NCBI RefSeq assembly: GCF_018977255.1
Contig: NW_024704742.1
Coordinates: 134,976,001 to 135,040,000, forward strand
DNA: 64,000 bases
Reading direction: 5' to 3'
Source: Callorhinchus milii
Lineage: Eukaryota
The position numbers were made by a program, and so were the translations under genes. The first letter of the stretch is position 1, and every line of letters begins with the position of its first letter. The notes under the pieces are model-generated. The model was not told the DNA's origin and did no database searches. It worked only from the letters and a program-made list of their open reading frames with translations. Of this stretch, positions 1 through 12,282 are shown one piece after another.

Positions 1-2099
1 TACAAACATTGAAAAATGCACATTGCTGAGCTCAATACCACTCATTCCTCTGCAGTTACTGAAACGCCATCTAGGGGTAGAAATCCCATCAGCTGGGCTG
101 AACAGCATGGATTTTGCATTGCTCTTAACCCTTAACCCACTGCACAAACACGGGCTGCAACAAGGGATGGTCCTCAAAGTTTTCACATCGGGAGGTCCTC
201 CCAACGTGAAAGGCGCTCTATAAATGTAGTTTCGTTGTTGTTGTTCAATCTTACTTTCAGCACAGCCTGAGCCGGGCCGATTTCACTAATAGTTGGTGAA
301 TGACAATAGTAATCCTTTCATTTGGTAAACAACAACAACAAGATTAGATTTGTATAGCGCCTTTCACGTCGGGAGGGCGTAAAGCATCATATATCGTCGT
401 CAAGATGTTTCCAAGCGCTTCACAACATTTTTACTGTGTGCTGTAGTGACTGTGAGCAAACACAGCAGCCATTTTGCCGCAGCAGTGTCCCACAAGTTGC
501 TATGAATTGAATGCCAAATTTTATTATTGTATTATTCAACAAATTTACCGTCGATTGGAGAACCTGTGCCGAGAAAATGTGTGGTTGGGATTTGGAATTC
601 TCATGTGCACACCATTGTTGAGGCAAAGTCCATTGCTTCTTTTAAAAGGGAATTAAAGAGAGATGCTTAATAAAGTGTTTGATATTAAAGGGTAGAGAGA
701 TGGAGCAGCAGATTAGATTAAGTATCTAACATGGAAAAAACACCAGCTCAGGCCAGATAGGCCGAAGAGCCAGTGTCTGTACTGCAGCATTCCATGATTC
801 TACCTCAGCATCTAATAATATTATTAAGAATAATCCTTGCAGTTGATATAGCGCCTCATCATGTCCCGCAAACAGTTGTGGATTGAGTGACCAAATTATT
901 ATTATTAATAATCCAGAATCCTTTTTAGTTCCAGTAACCCTGATATAAACATGGCTGCTTGCGAAACACAGATTGCTTGTGGCTCTATATTGATCAAAGG
1001 CAGCAAGTACAACAGAACTCAATTACACTGCAGCATTCAGATGCTGCCGATGGACGTATACGAATGTAGTCTTCCCCCGACTCCACTCTGAGCAGTGGGC
1101 AATTTTCAAGAGCTCCTACAGAGCAAACTAGTTTCAAAGCTGAGAGGTGTCCAGACTTGAAACAAGTCGATAATTATTGACTGTTTGAAATTCTGCTGTT
1201 TCACAACAAACTCCGTGTGACGTTGAATCTGCTATGAAATGTCTCCCGATCGTCAGTGTGGCCACAATTAGAAAAATATCTGCATGGCAGCAAAGCAGGA
1301 GCACAGCTCCTTGTCCGCATGCAATTGTTCATATCACACTGGTTCTTATTAGGAGAACGAAAATTGTAAGTGTTCTGTTTCAGCCCACATCTATCTGAAT
1401 GCATTTATTTACTTGCCACTTTTCATAGGATCATAGAATCTTACAGCACAGTGGGAGGCCATTTGGCCCATCATGCCTGTGCTGGCTCTAGTTCCACTCC
1501 CCTGCTCTTACCCCATAGCCCTGCAAATTTCTCCTTTTCAGGTACCTATCCAATGCCCGTTTGAAAGCTACTATTGAATCTGAATATTCTAGATGCTATA
1601 TCGAATGCAAGGATTTTATAATTTTACTATTTGAAAGTAGAATGTGTGCTAGTTTTTAAAAATAAATACTTGTATTTTATACAATAATTTATGCCAAAGA
1701 GACACAGTGGCTAATGTCAAAACACACTGCGCAATTAGTTACTTTGAAATACAGCGACTCTTATAAAGGCTAATGTGGCAGTTAATTTATGCCAACATGA
1801 ACCAAAAATGAGATGAATGAGCAATTTTAGTCCAGTGAATTTTGAATGGAGGAGCAATATTAGCCAGTTGGAGAACTTCCTGCTTTTCAAATTAGTGCAA
1901 TGGGATGTTAAATACCCACATGAATTACTGGATAAGGCAGATGAGACCCCGTTTAACATCTTAGCTTATGGAGCGATGCTCCCCCAGTACTGCACTGGAA
2001 GGTCAGGCCTGGGTAGGAGCTTAAGACCCAGTATATGCACGGATCCCAAGACAAATGTCCTACGAACACACTAGCCTTGGAGAATGTCCATTGATGGTT

Positions 2100-2510
2100 C
2101 ACTAGACTAATACCTGGGCTGAAGGGGTCTTGTGGGGATGAGGGACTTGACTAGGTTTATATCTTTAGAGAAGAGATTAAGGGGTGATTTGATTGAAGTA
2201 TTTAAAATAATGAATGCAATTGACTGGGTAGACAATGAATGACTCTTCAGCTTACAAGGGAGCATAGACTTAAAGCCAGAACAAAGATGGTTAGAACTGA
2301 GGTCAGGAAGCATCTCTTCACACAGACGGCTGTGAAGATGTGGAATGTTCAGCTCCAGAAAGCTGCAGAGGCAGAATCAATAGGATTGTTCGAAAGAAAG
2401 ACAGATATTTAGGTTGGTAGAGGTATAAAAGAGTTATGCAAAAGAGACAGCATTGGCTTTGAAGGAATAAGCTCAATGGGCTGAAATGCTCTTGATTTCC
2501 TATGTTTCCA
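2100..2510 (+). mobile_element. Degraded CR1 3' fragment
   Basis: AGAAGAGATTAAGGGGTGATTTGATTGAAGTATTTAAAATAATG (RRLRGDLIEVFKIM), TTCACACAGA..GTGAAGATGTGGAAT and a CR1-like tail. Confidence 0.8.
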
Positions 2511-3969
2511 CCCACTAAGCTAAGCAGTTACAGGTAAATGCAGGTTGAAGTTTAAAAAAGAGGGTATTGGGGGTGAAACAATGCGATATTCAGTGTCAAT
2601 TATAACTGAGGGTTTTGGCTGGATCTGGATAGAGCGAGCAAGTGACCTGTTTCCGTGTTGTATATTCTTTGTAAATATCAATTTAAGATTGTCAACTCTT
2701 ATAACAATATAATAATCCTCGCATTTGATATAGTGTCTTATTATGTCATTGAGGCGTCTCAAAGGGCTTCACAGAATATATTGCAAAGTGAATTAACTGT
2801 ATTTGTGGGCAAAACGTGGCAGCCAATTGCGCACAGCACTGTCTGGTGATTTCATAAACAGTTGTGGATTGAGTGACCAATTTTCTTTTGGGAGAGAGGG
2901 GGAGGAATTATTACCCCCGGAAAGTGATTCGTCAGTCGACTAACAACCGGGTTTCTACTTACTGCTAGGTAAACAGAGATGTGTGGAGGAAGGAAACTTG
3001 CTTTAGGCAACTCTTGGCGATGTACCAGTCAATAAGCAGTGAAAACCTCCTCCCCCAAAAATTGGGAAAACAGTTGGACCAAAAGTCACAAGCGACAGCC
3101 ACTGAGCATGTTCATGGCACCTTAGAAACTGCTGTCTGTCTGTTTCCGCCCTCCCTCACATAATCCTTATTTTAATGCTATGATAACCACCTCATTTTTC
3201 ATCCCTTTCTTTTCAATCATATTTTCAATTATATCCTTTATTTAGTAAGCAAAAGCGAGCAGGGAAGGCAGAAAGTCAGACTAGCAGGATTCAATTCCTC
3301 ATTTCATTCTCCAATATATTTCCAGTGAAACTCAACAGAATCGGAAAATTCCTATCTCTTTGCGTCCATTATATTTAAATTTCAGAGTGCTGCCGAGCAA
3401 CTTAAAATGCTTATACGTCAGTCCCGTAATGCTAAGCATTTCAATAATTCAATGCCCATTTGCAAAACCTTTTTTTTTATAAAGCTTCACTTTGATATGT
3501 GGTCCAATAATCGCTCTCACCCAATAATATTGATTGAGAATGTATCATACAATTATAGAATGACCTTCCACACTAGTCCAACCCAGCAAAGTATGTTGAA
3601 TTATTGGAGAGCAGCTTATTTTGACAGGTCAAAAAATCTCGCAATTTTTACAACTTTAGGAAAGGGAGAGAAGAAAAGAAGAAGTCTCATCTATCCTGCT
3701 TAAGTTGAACGTTTTATTAATTTGGATAAATGCTTAATGGAGCTCGTCAAATTCCCGCAAGACTAAATTTTATTAAAAATAATCCTGGCATTTGATGTTG
3801 CTTCTTTCATATTGGGAGGACATCTCAAAGTGCTTGACAGGATTCATTGTGATGTGTATGACTGTGGATTTTTTAAGGCAAACTTGGCAACCAATTTTGA
3901 GCTTGACAATTACCCACAAACAGCCATGAAGTGAATGACCAATTTTGGTTGGGAGGATTGCTGGCCAGG

Positions 3970-4170
3970 ACATAGAATTACAGAATCCGACAGCACAGAA
4001 AGAGGCCATTTGGCTCATTGTGCCTGTGCCAGCTCTTTGAAAGAGCTACCCAATTAGTCTCACTTCCCAGCTCTTTCCTCAAAGCCTTGCAAATCATTTC
4101 TTTTCGAGTATATATGAAATAACCTTTTGAAAGTTATTATTGAATCTGCTTCCACCACCCTTTCAGCCAA
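3970..4170 (-). mobile_element. Short CR1 3' end nested in a Deu-type SINE (3775-3968 and 4175-4230)
   Basis: Reverse complement of GATAGCTCTTTCAAAGAGCTGGCACAGGCACAATGAGCCAAATGGCCTC. Similar short CR1 ends occur at about 1425-1590, 57585-57740, 61165-61430 and 62150-62280. The SINE sequence resumes on both sides. Confidence 0.75.
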
Positions 4171-4549
4171 TGCTTGGGAGAAACTCCTTTCTCTTTTTCA
4201 ATAGTATAATGAGATCTTTAATGTTCACTCGACATCAATATTTTAATGACTGAAAAACGCTTATTCAGATAAGGTCAAATTATACACTCAGTGAACAGAA
4301 ACAAATTAGCACCAGATTTCTGGTTAGACATGTTCAATTTTTTAAATCTCTTTCAATTCAACTTCTTCCTAAAAAATGTGGTGAATCTCTTCCGAACATT
4401 ACAATTATCCAAAACATGAAATTCCCCACCACTGCAAGACAGTTTAAGCTGATTTTCACATTCTCCCAGAAAATAGACAGTCACTATACTTTATAAGAAA
4501 TCCTGTGAAATGTTTTAAGACACTTTCGTGATGCTATAAGGCACTATAT

Positions 4550-4865
4550 GTGGAGTCCTGTAGCTCAGTGGTTAGAGAACTTGCCTTGAAAGCGAGATAC
4601 CTGGGTTCAATTCCAGACAGGGCGAAACCTTGGCAAGTTTCCTTACTCCACACAGAGCCGAATAATAATCGCTCCAAAAACAAAACAATAATAAATTGGT
4701 CATTTTCAATCCATGACTGTTTGTGGGACTGTTATGTGCGCAATTGGCTGCCACGTTTCGCCCACAAATATACGGTCAATTCACTTTACAGTCTATTCTG
4801 TGAAGCACTTTGAGATGTTGAGAAGATGTGAAAAGCGCTATATCAAATATAAGGATTATTATTAT
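4550..4865 (+). mobile_element. Full-length SINE (short subfamily)
   Basis: Same head and the diagnostic CACAGAGCC.AATAATAATC..CCAAAAA / GGTCATTTTCAATC segment. A 5'-truncated young copy is at about 46997-47185 (+). Confidence 0.9.
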
Positions 4866-7070
4866 ACTATTACATCAAAAATAAGGATTATTTTTATTAT
4901 GGATGACAGAAATACCCCAGCACGTATACAACAAATGGAAAGTATATAATAATGAACTATATAGCAGAGGTATTAATCTTATCTCTTTTTATTCTTTCCC
5001 CTTTCCTGTGCGAAAATGTTTAGAAGGAAAAGCAGGGAAGAATTGAAGGGAATAGGAGGGAGAGGGTGGGGGGTGGGATTTGATCCTTTCTAATTCACAG
5101 CGGGAGAGGCAGAAGAGAAAGAGTGAGATCACTATCACAACATAGGACTTAAGATATCTGTACATCTGGGCCTTAAAGCCTGGATCTGAAGTAGTCCTCA
5201 CTCAGACTGCAAGAGATTGCTTCCAGGCAATTGCACCATAATAGAACATTAATTTGCAAATTATTTATTCACGCTGGTTGGAGAGATTACTGCCTTGAAG
5301 AAAATTTGATGTGATTTTGCCCAAATGCAGCAAACAACAATTTTGAATTCGGCCCACACAGAAAGTCATTTCACTTTAAACACTTTGCTTTACAATATAT
5401 TCTGTGAAGCGCTTTTAGAGATGTCATGCTTGAATCACTTTATCACGCTTGTCTCAATGGCATGCCAAGGTACTATATCAAATGCAAGAATTATTATTGC
5501 TACATTTGTATAGCGCCTTTCATATTGGGAGGACATTCTCAAAGCTTTTCACAAAGAGTCTGGAAATGTGGGGAGTTGGAGGAGAGACAGTAACCAAAAG
5601 TGTGGCTGAAAATAATGGTAAAGAAGACAGTAGGATGATATGCGTGAGAGGGGAAAGAGGAAGAAACAAGGGAAAGAGACACCGTGCTGAAGAGATAACT
5701 CTCAGTATAAGGAGCAGTAGCAGAATTAAAGGCTGTCCCCACTCCAGCTTTTACTGGGAAAGGATCGCAAAATGTAATGGGACAAGACTGAAAATGCATC
5801 TGACAAGCAGTCATCAGAATCTCAAGGGAAGCCTGATCATTCCAGATCACTGTCAGAACCAATTCTGCAGAGATATTTTAATATATATGGCGTTATATAA
5901 TAATAGGGCCTTACCACATCATCGGAACAAGTCAAAGCGCTTCATAGGATTTTATGTAAAGTGCAGTAGTGGCTGTGTACTTGTGGGTGACCTCCCAGCT
6001 CTCCGATATGAATTTTAATTAAATTAAAAATAACTGCAAGACTAGGCTGTAACCTCCCGTAATACTCATACGCACATGGCATATGTATATCATTCAGTAT
6101 GCGTTGCGTTTATTGCAGTATCACGTACTAATGGAAATCTGATGCGTAGCACAGATGAAAAGGAGCTGAGAATGCCTTTGGAATGTTCATCACACAGCGA
6201 ACCCCAGTCACTACACTCAACAGTAATGACCTGTGAGGCTCCCTGAATCCCATCTAAATCATTTGATGGGATAAATGCACTGCAATACTGCAAACACAGG
6301 AATGGGCAGAAAGGTGTTCCTTTGCTAGATGGGTTAACTCACATCTCTGTAAGCAGGATTCACTTTAATCACAGTCTTGTGCTACTGGGCCATGTAGAGT
6401 CTGCTTTTGCAGATTGCATGCTCTTATTGGTGTTGGAAAAGGCCAGCATTACACAAGGCTGTGCTGGTGGAATCACTGCATTGTTGGAAGTACCATTCTT
6501 TGGATGAGATGTTAAACTGAGGTCTTATTTGCCTGTTCAGGCGAATGTTAACTACCCAATGCCAACAATCCCAGAGATCCCAAAAGAGAAGATAGTTTCT
6601 CCCAGTGGCCTTGCCAACAAGCTCCCAGATAAAAATCAGTCATTCACTTATTTCATGGCTGTTTGTGGGTCATTGCTGTGCGCAAATTGGTTGCTAGGTT
6701 CACCTACAAAATACACAGTTACTTCACTTTGCGGTAAATTCTGTGAAGTGCTTTGAGAATTCTCCCTGATTTGAAATGCAAGAATTATCATCATTTATTA
6801 TAAAACAGTCACTACGCTTGACAGTAATTAACTGTGAACACTGAAATCATTTGGAGTTAGATAAAGAATTATATAATTGTATTTACTTTCTTTTTCACTC
6901 GAGGATGTCACAAGATGATGTGGTTTTAAACATCCAAAATGGGTAGAAAAACATTGATTGAAATCAAATTCTGTCCCTTTGGCTGAGTATGAAAGTGCTA
7001 TTGAAAATATAGAATCTTAACCTCATTGTGATCCTTCTTGTTGGAATACTTGAGATCAAGGTCATGCACC

Positions 7071-7450
7071 ACAGAACTGTATAGTAGTGGATAGAGCACT
7101 CGTCACACAAATGAGAGGACCCGGGTTTGATTCCCGGGCAGGGCAAAACCTTAGGTAAGCTTCCTTACTCTGCACGCCTCTGTTTGCCTTGCAGTAAGTA
7201 GGAACCCGGTTGTTAGTCGATTGGCGGATTGGTTTCTTCGCGGAAATAATCCCTTCAAAAAATAATACTAATAATAATTTGGTCACTCAATATCCGACTG
7301 ACTGTGGGACACTGTTGTTCGCAATTGGCTGCTGCATATCGCCTACAAAATATACAGTCAATTCACTTTACAGTATATTCTGTAAAGCGGTTTGAGACGT
7401 CTCAATGACGTGATAAGGCGCTGTATCAAATGTAAGGATTACCTATTATT
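7071..7450 (+). mobile_element. Full-length tRNA-derived SINE, long subfamily with an extra internal ~65-nt segment
   Basis: tRNA-like head, internal CTGTTT..CAGTAAGTAGGAACCCGGTTGTTAGTCGATTGGCGGAT, and tail GAGACGTCTCAATGACGTGATAAGGCGCT..ATCAAATG..GGATTA. Confidence 0.9.
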
Positions 7451-8412
7451 AGAACTGGTAATTCTTGTAAATTTTGTGAAGTGCTTCGAGATGCCTCAAA
7501 GACACAATAAGACGCTGTACCAAATGCAAGGATTATTTATTATAAGTGTATGCGACACTGAGTCCTCCTGACGTGAAAGGCGCTTTATAAATGGAATCTT
7601 GTTGTTGTTGTTGTTTGTGCTCGTGATCATTGGCAGGGCAGGTTTTCAGTCCTGAACAATATTATTTTGTGTTCTTCTGCACTTGGCTAGGATTAGGAGT
7701 GCACAAATGCGAACCTGCTGCTTTCATTATGGAGGAGAGACGTGTTTATTGTAGGTCACGCTGGAGGAAAAGGGATGTCAGTCCATTAAGAGTAGCCGGA
7801 GCTCCGTGTCAAAGGTCAGTAATGGTGGTGGATGGGCTGAGTCTAAGTGGCACAGGGCTCCTGAGCAGGATGCATGAGAAAGAAAATTGCAAGGGCTAGA
7901 GACAAAGGTGATGTGAAACAAGAGGCCTGAGCGTATATAAGGCCAGAAGCCAGGAGAACGCAAGCAAATGTGAACAATGAAAACAGTATGAACATTGGTG
8001 CAGATACTAAGCAAAAAAGAACTGTATTTGTTTGCACCTCAATAATGAATACATATTGTAACAGAATGTATTTATGAAATGGTTGATGTCAGCAATGGTC
8101 CACAATATAATACAAATGACATTTATACAATGCGTTCCACATCAGGAGCACATCCAAAGACCTAGGCTAGCGATCGGAGCCGAGAGGGGACAGTGAGGAG
8201 AGGAAAGATGATCAAAAGCATGGTCAAAGATGTATGTATTGAGACATGCGTTGAAAGAGGGGAGGGAGGGAGAGAGAGAGAGCGAGCAAGTTGGAGGGAG
8301 TCCGAGATGGAGTTCCCTAATCGGCGTGCCAATCTGGACTAAATGTTTTCTACATCCCAGCACAATGGGGCTGCACTTTGAGCTTATTAATGTATTGAAT
8401 ATATTTAAGGAG

Positions 8413-9223
8413 TAGCAGCAAATGTGAGGTGATACACTTAGGTAGGAAAAATGATAGGAGGCAATATAGACTTGGTAGCTCAATCTTAATGGGGGTGAAC
8501 GTACAGAGAGATCTGGGTGTTCAAGTAAGCGAATCATTAAAGGCAGCGGAGCAGGTAGATAAGGCAGTAAAAAAGGTATTTGATGTACTGAGCTTTATTA
8601 GTAGGGGCATAGAGTATAAGCTTAGGGAGGTTATGGTTAATCTATACAAAACACTGGTTAGGCCTCAGCTGGAGTACTGCATCCAGTTCTGGACACCTTA
8701 CTTCAGGAAGGACATTAAGGCACTGGAAAGGGTGCAGAGGAGATTCACGAGAATGATACCAGGAATGGGGAACCTTAGCTATGAGGTCAGGCTGGAGAAG
8801 TTAGGACTTTTCCCATTAGAGCAGAGAAGGTTACGCAGGGACCTGATAGAGGCTTTCAAGATCATGAAAGGTTTCGACAGGCTAGATAAGGAAAAGCTGT
8901 TTCCGCTGGTAGGTGTGTCTGTGACCTGTGGTCACAGTCTTAAGATATCTACCAAAAGAAGCAGAGGGGAGGTTAGAAGAATTTTTTTCACTCAGCGAGT
9001 TGTTCGAATTTGGAATGATCTGCCTGAAAGGGTAGTAAAGTCCGATTCGATAACAGCTTTTAGGGAGAACTGGATAGGTATCTGGGGAAGACGGGTTTGC
9101 AGGGTTATGGGGAGAAAGCTGGTGATTGTGGTTAGTGAAAGTGACTTGCTCTATCAAAGAGCCGCACAGACTCGATGGGCCGAATGGCCTCCTTCTGTGC
9201 CGTAACATTTTATGAATCTATGA
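8413..9223 (+). mobile_element. 5'-truncated CR1-clade LINE 3' end
   Basis: HLGRKN, RDLGV, LYKTLVRPQLEYCIQFWTPYFRKDIKALERVQRRFTRMIPG, RRLRRDLIEAFKIMKG and FFTQRVVRIWNDLP. 3' end GATGGGCCGAATGGCCTCCTTCTGTGCCGT..TATGAATCTATGA is typical of CR1. Confidence 0.95.
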
Positions 9224-10074
9224 AAAAATAAGACATTACTTTCACTCGAGGAGTTGCCCTGCCTCCAGGCTTCAAACCTGCACAAAGCTCACACCATATT
9301 AAGAGACAATGACAAACAAACTGTAAAGTATTCTGCTGATGCATGTAAACTTGCTAGACAATTGCCAAATCCATTCCAGACACCAATGCAGTCATCTTTA
9401 ATCCTTTTTGTGTGATAAGAGACTTTCCTTCACCAATTTAAAGGGAAGTGCTGAGCCAACAGGACCAGAAGTTAATATTTTCTTGCCTTAAAGGGACACT
9501 GTCTGTCACAGAGAAACAGGAGCTGGTACAGAAGCCCATCACTTCTGACAGAGTAACAGGTTTGCAGTCCTTTGTGTGTCAACATGATTCTGAGTCACAG
9601 TGTCAAGTGGCCCTGGAGATAAATGCTTGAAAAACAGAAATGCTGAAGGGTGTGGAATAAACGAGGGTAGTTCATGTGGGGAAAAACACTAGTGGCTTAA
9701 ATGGCCGTTTTCTGGCTCGAACACTGTATGATCCTAAGACGACTGCAGCCGATCTAAACCTCAAACTATCTGTGAAATCAGAAAGCATGTATGTGAATCA
9801 TTTTCTGACGCTGGCAGATAGAGATTGCAGACTATTAAAAGATGCCACTGACAGAGCACATGAACCAATAAACATTTGGATTCCATGTAATGCAGTGGTT
9901 AGAGCACTCGCCTCGCCCCGGGTTCAATTCCCGATTGGGCGAATACTTATACTTACTCTCTATGCCTGTTTACCAGCAGAAAGTAGGAACCTGGTTGTTA
10001 GTCAATTGGCGGATCACTTTCTAATCCTTCAAAAAAAAGCATAGCTTTTACCTGGTCACACACAGTGGAGATGC

Positions 10075-10185
10075 CAGGAATATCCATGTGCAGGTGGGAT
10101 GCATGGAATTCGCAGCTTGGTTTGGCTACTCTTAAGCACGAAGATCGGTTTCCGCTTGTGACAGACATCCGGCTGACCAAAAAAT
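10075..10185 (+). repeat. Unclassified dispersed repeat (~110-150 bp), copy 1 of at least 4
   Basis: TCCATGTG.AG.TGGG.TGCATGGAATTC.CAGCTTGGTTT...CTTAAG...GATGGGTTTC...TGTCAGAC...GGCTGACCAAA also occurs at about 22720-22850(-), 53490-53615(+) and 58378-58480(+). Confidence 0.8.
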
Positions 10186-10895
10186 AATCAGGTCACCCCT
10201 CAACCCTCTCAACTGCTCCCTATTTTTGAGTCCCCATGCCACCCCCAAAGCTCAAGACAATTACAAATTCAATGTTACTGTGTGAACTGACCAGCAAGGT
10301 GACTAACGCATTTAGTAACCTTGAACTAGGACTCCCAGTGCCTTTCACATCTGGCGAGTTACATTGGGAGCTGTCGGGAATCACATTGGACATCTTTGCA
10401 ACCACCATGTCCAGCGATCATCAAAATCAGGTTGAACCCATGTAGGCCTGAAATTCCACCTAGATTAAGCCACTCGTTTTGTCTCAAAAATGGAAAGAAT
10501 TAGTTCTGGCAACGTGATAAGGCGCTGTAGGTTATACAGTCATTTAAATTGACAGTATTATCTGTGAAGCGCATTGAGACATCTCAACTGCTTGATAAGT
10601 CATTTTATCAAATGCAAGGATTGTTAATATTATTGTTTAGAATGGTAGAAAAAAATATTGGGAGCTTTGTTTTTAACAAATAAGGAAATGTGTATTCCAA
10701 TTGGGACTGGATTGAAGAATTTTTTCCCAATTCTGTGCACTTGAATTTTTTAAGGCAAAACTAAGACTGAGTGAGTGGCATTTTGGGTCTATAATATACG
10801 TTTGAATAAAAATAAGGCTGAATTCGAGAAAACTGCACAAGACTCCGAGAAAGGTAGAAATATTAATTACTGGCTCGAGCTTGCTACTCGGAAAA

Positions 10896-10905
10896 GAGAG
10901 AGGAA

Positions 10906-10959
<54 letters not shown>

Positions 10960-10995
10960 AAAAGGGAGAGCGAGAGAGGGAGAGAAAGGGAGGAG
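10896..10995. repeat. (GA)n microsatellite within a polypurine tract
   Basis: Perfect AG repeat at about 10910-10952 with purine-rich flanks. Confidence 0.95.
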
Positions 10996-12249
10996 AAATA
11001 AAAATAAATTTAACAGCAAAAATCTAATTTCCGCCTGGCAAGCATGTCTCATCTCTAACTCGAGCAGTGCTAAGCGCACTGTGCTGTCTTGCATTAGCCC
11101 TTTCTAATAAACATTGAAAGATTACACTCTCAGTGTAACTATATTAGAAGGGGTCACAGCAAGTCAGAATCATTTATGTAGTATATCTACATTGAGTGAT
11201 GCAATCACTCAGCAATTGGGAGCGCACACTCTCCCCCTAGGTTGCTGACTAGATAATGATTACTGGTAGATGACATTTGTTCCTCAGTTTCTGCAATGCC
11301 GGAGTAAAAATGTCAATCGGGGATATTACAAACTGGCAATATTAATACCCTGACAAAAAGGCCAGTTTATGATAATATCCCTGCACAATTTACCAGCACG
11401 TGTTTTTCCAAATGGCAAAAAGAAAAAATCATAAATCCCCCGGATAAATTGCGTTACGGTAAAAGGATGATTGCATTCATCCCTGAAGAATGCTTTTTTC
11501 GCCTTCATTTTTCACCACGTTTTTTAAAAAAAAATGACAGTTCACTTGCCCGCTCCTCTCCCCTCCCCACCCCCCCCATGTTCGGGTGTGATTAGATCAA
11601 CTTCATTTAAAGACAAAGCAACATAAAGATAAAATAAATGATGGCAATCCTTGCATTTGGCATGTCAGGAGGACGTCTCAAAGCGCTTCACAGGATTTGC
11701 TGTAAAGTTTAGTGACTGTATGCTATGTGGGCGAAATACCAAATAAACTCGCCATATTGCAATGTTTCTAAAATATAGCGCCGATCACACAGGGTAGAGT
11801 CCTGTTCGAAGCAAAGCCTTACAAGCCTTACTCTGAAGATTTGTTAAAATCAAACAATTTACTTAAGATTACCCAAGTGGACTAAGAGATATTCAATACC
11901 ATTCTAAAAGCAACACAATTTTTATAACTGAGAATGTTTGTGAAGAGGATGACGCTTGCAAGGTGTATAAAAGAGAGCAATAGGATGGGGGATGGATCTC
12001 TTGTGGAGCATAAATACCACAGAATAGTTGGGCTGAATGGCTTGTTTCCATGCCATATCATTCTATGCAATGCCACGTAATATCGTCACAGAGGTTCAAA
12101 CAATTTGCTGTTGGAATTTGTTTTACGACTTAGACCCTAAGATGGAGGGCCGAGGCCACGACAGCAGTTAATGTAAAATGCTTTGAGATGTTGCGATGGG
12201 ATCGGGTACAACTTCTTTCTTACATCGTCAAGGCACAAGAGAGTAGCAG

Positions 12250-12282
12250 AAGAAGAAAGAAAGAAAGAAAGAAAGAAAGAAG
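12250..12282. repeat. (GAAA)n microsatellite
   Basis: Seen directly. Confidence 0.9.

Noticed and set aside
5449..6018. 189-aa ORF
   Set aside because: It begins and ends in SINE/L2 tail sequence, has no recognisable domain and is antisense to WDR7. Probably chance.
10867..11094. Possible next WDR7 exon (expected [21 protein letters not shown]...)
   Set aside because: The translation does not match and the ORF is sustained by the (CT)n repeat. I found neither the next nor the previous WDR7 exon in the window, although a short diverged exon could have been missed by eye.
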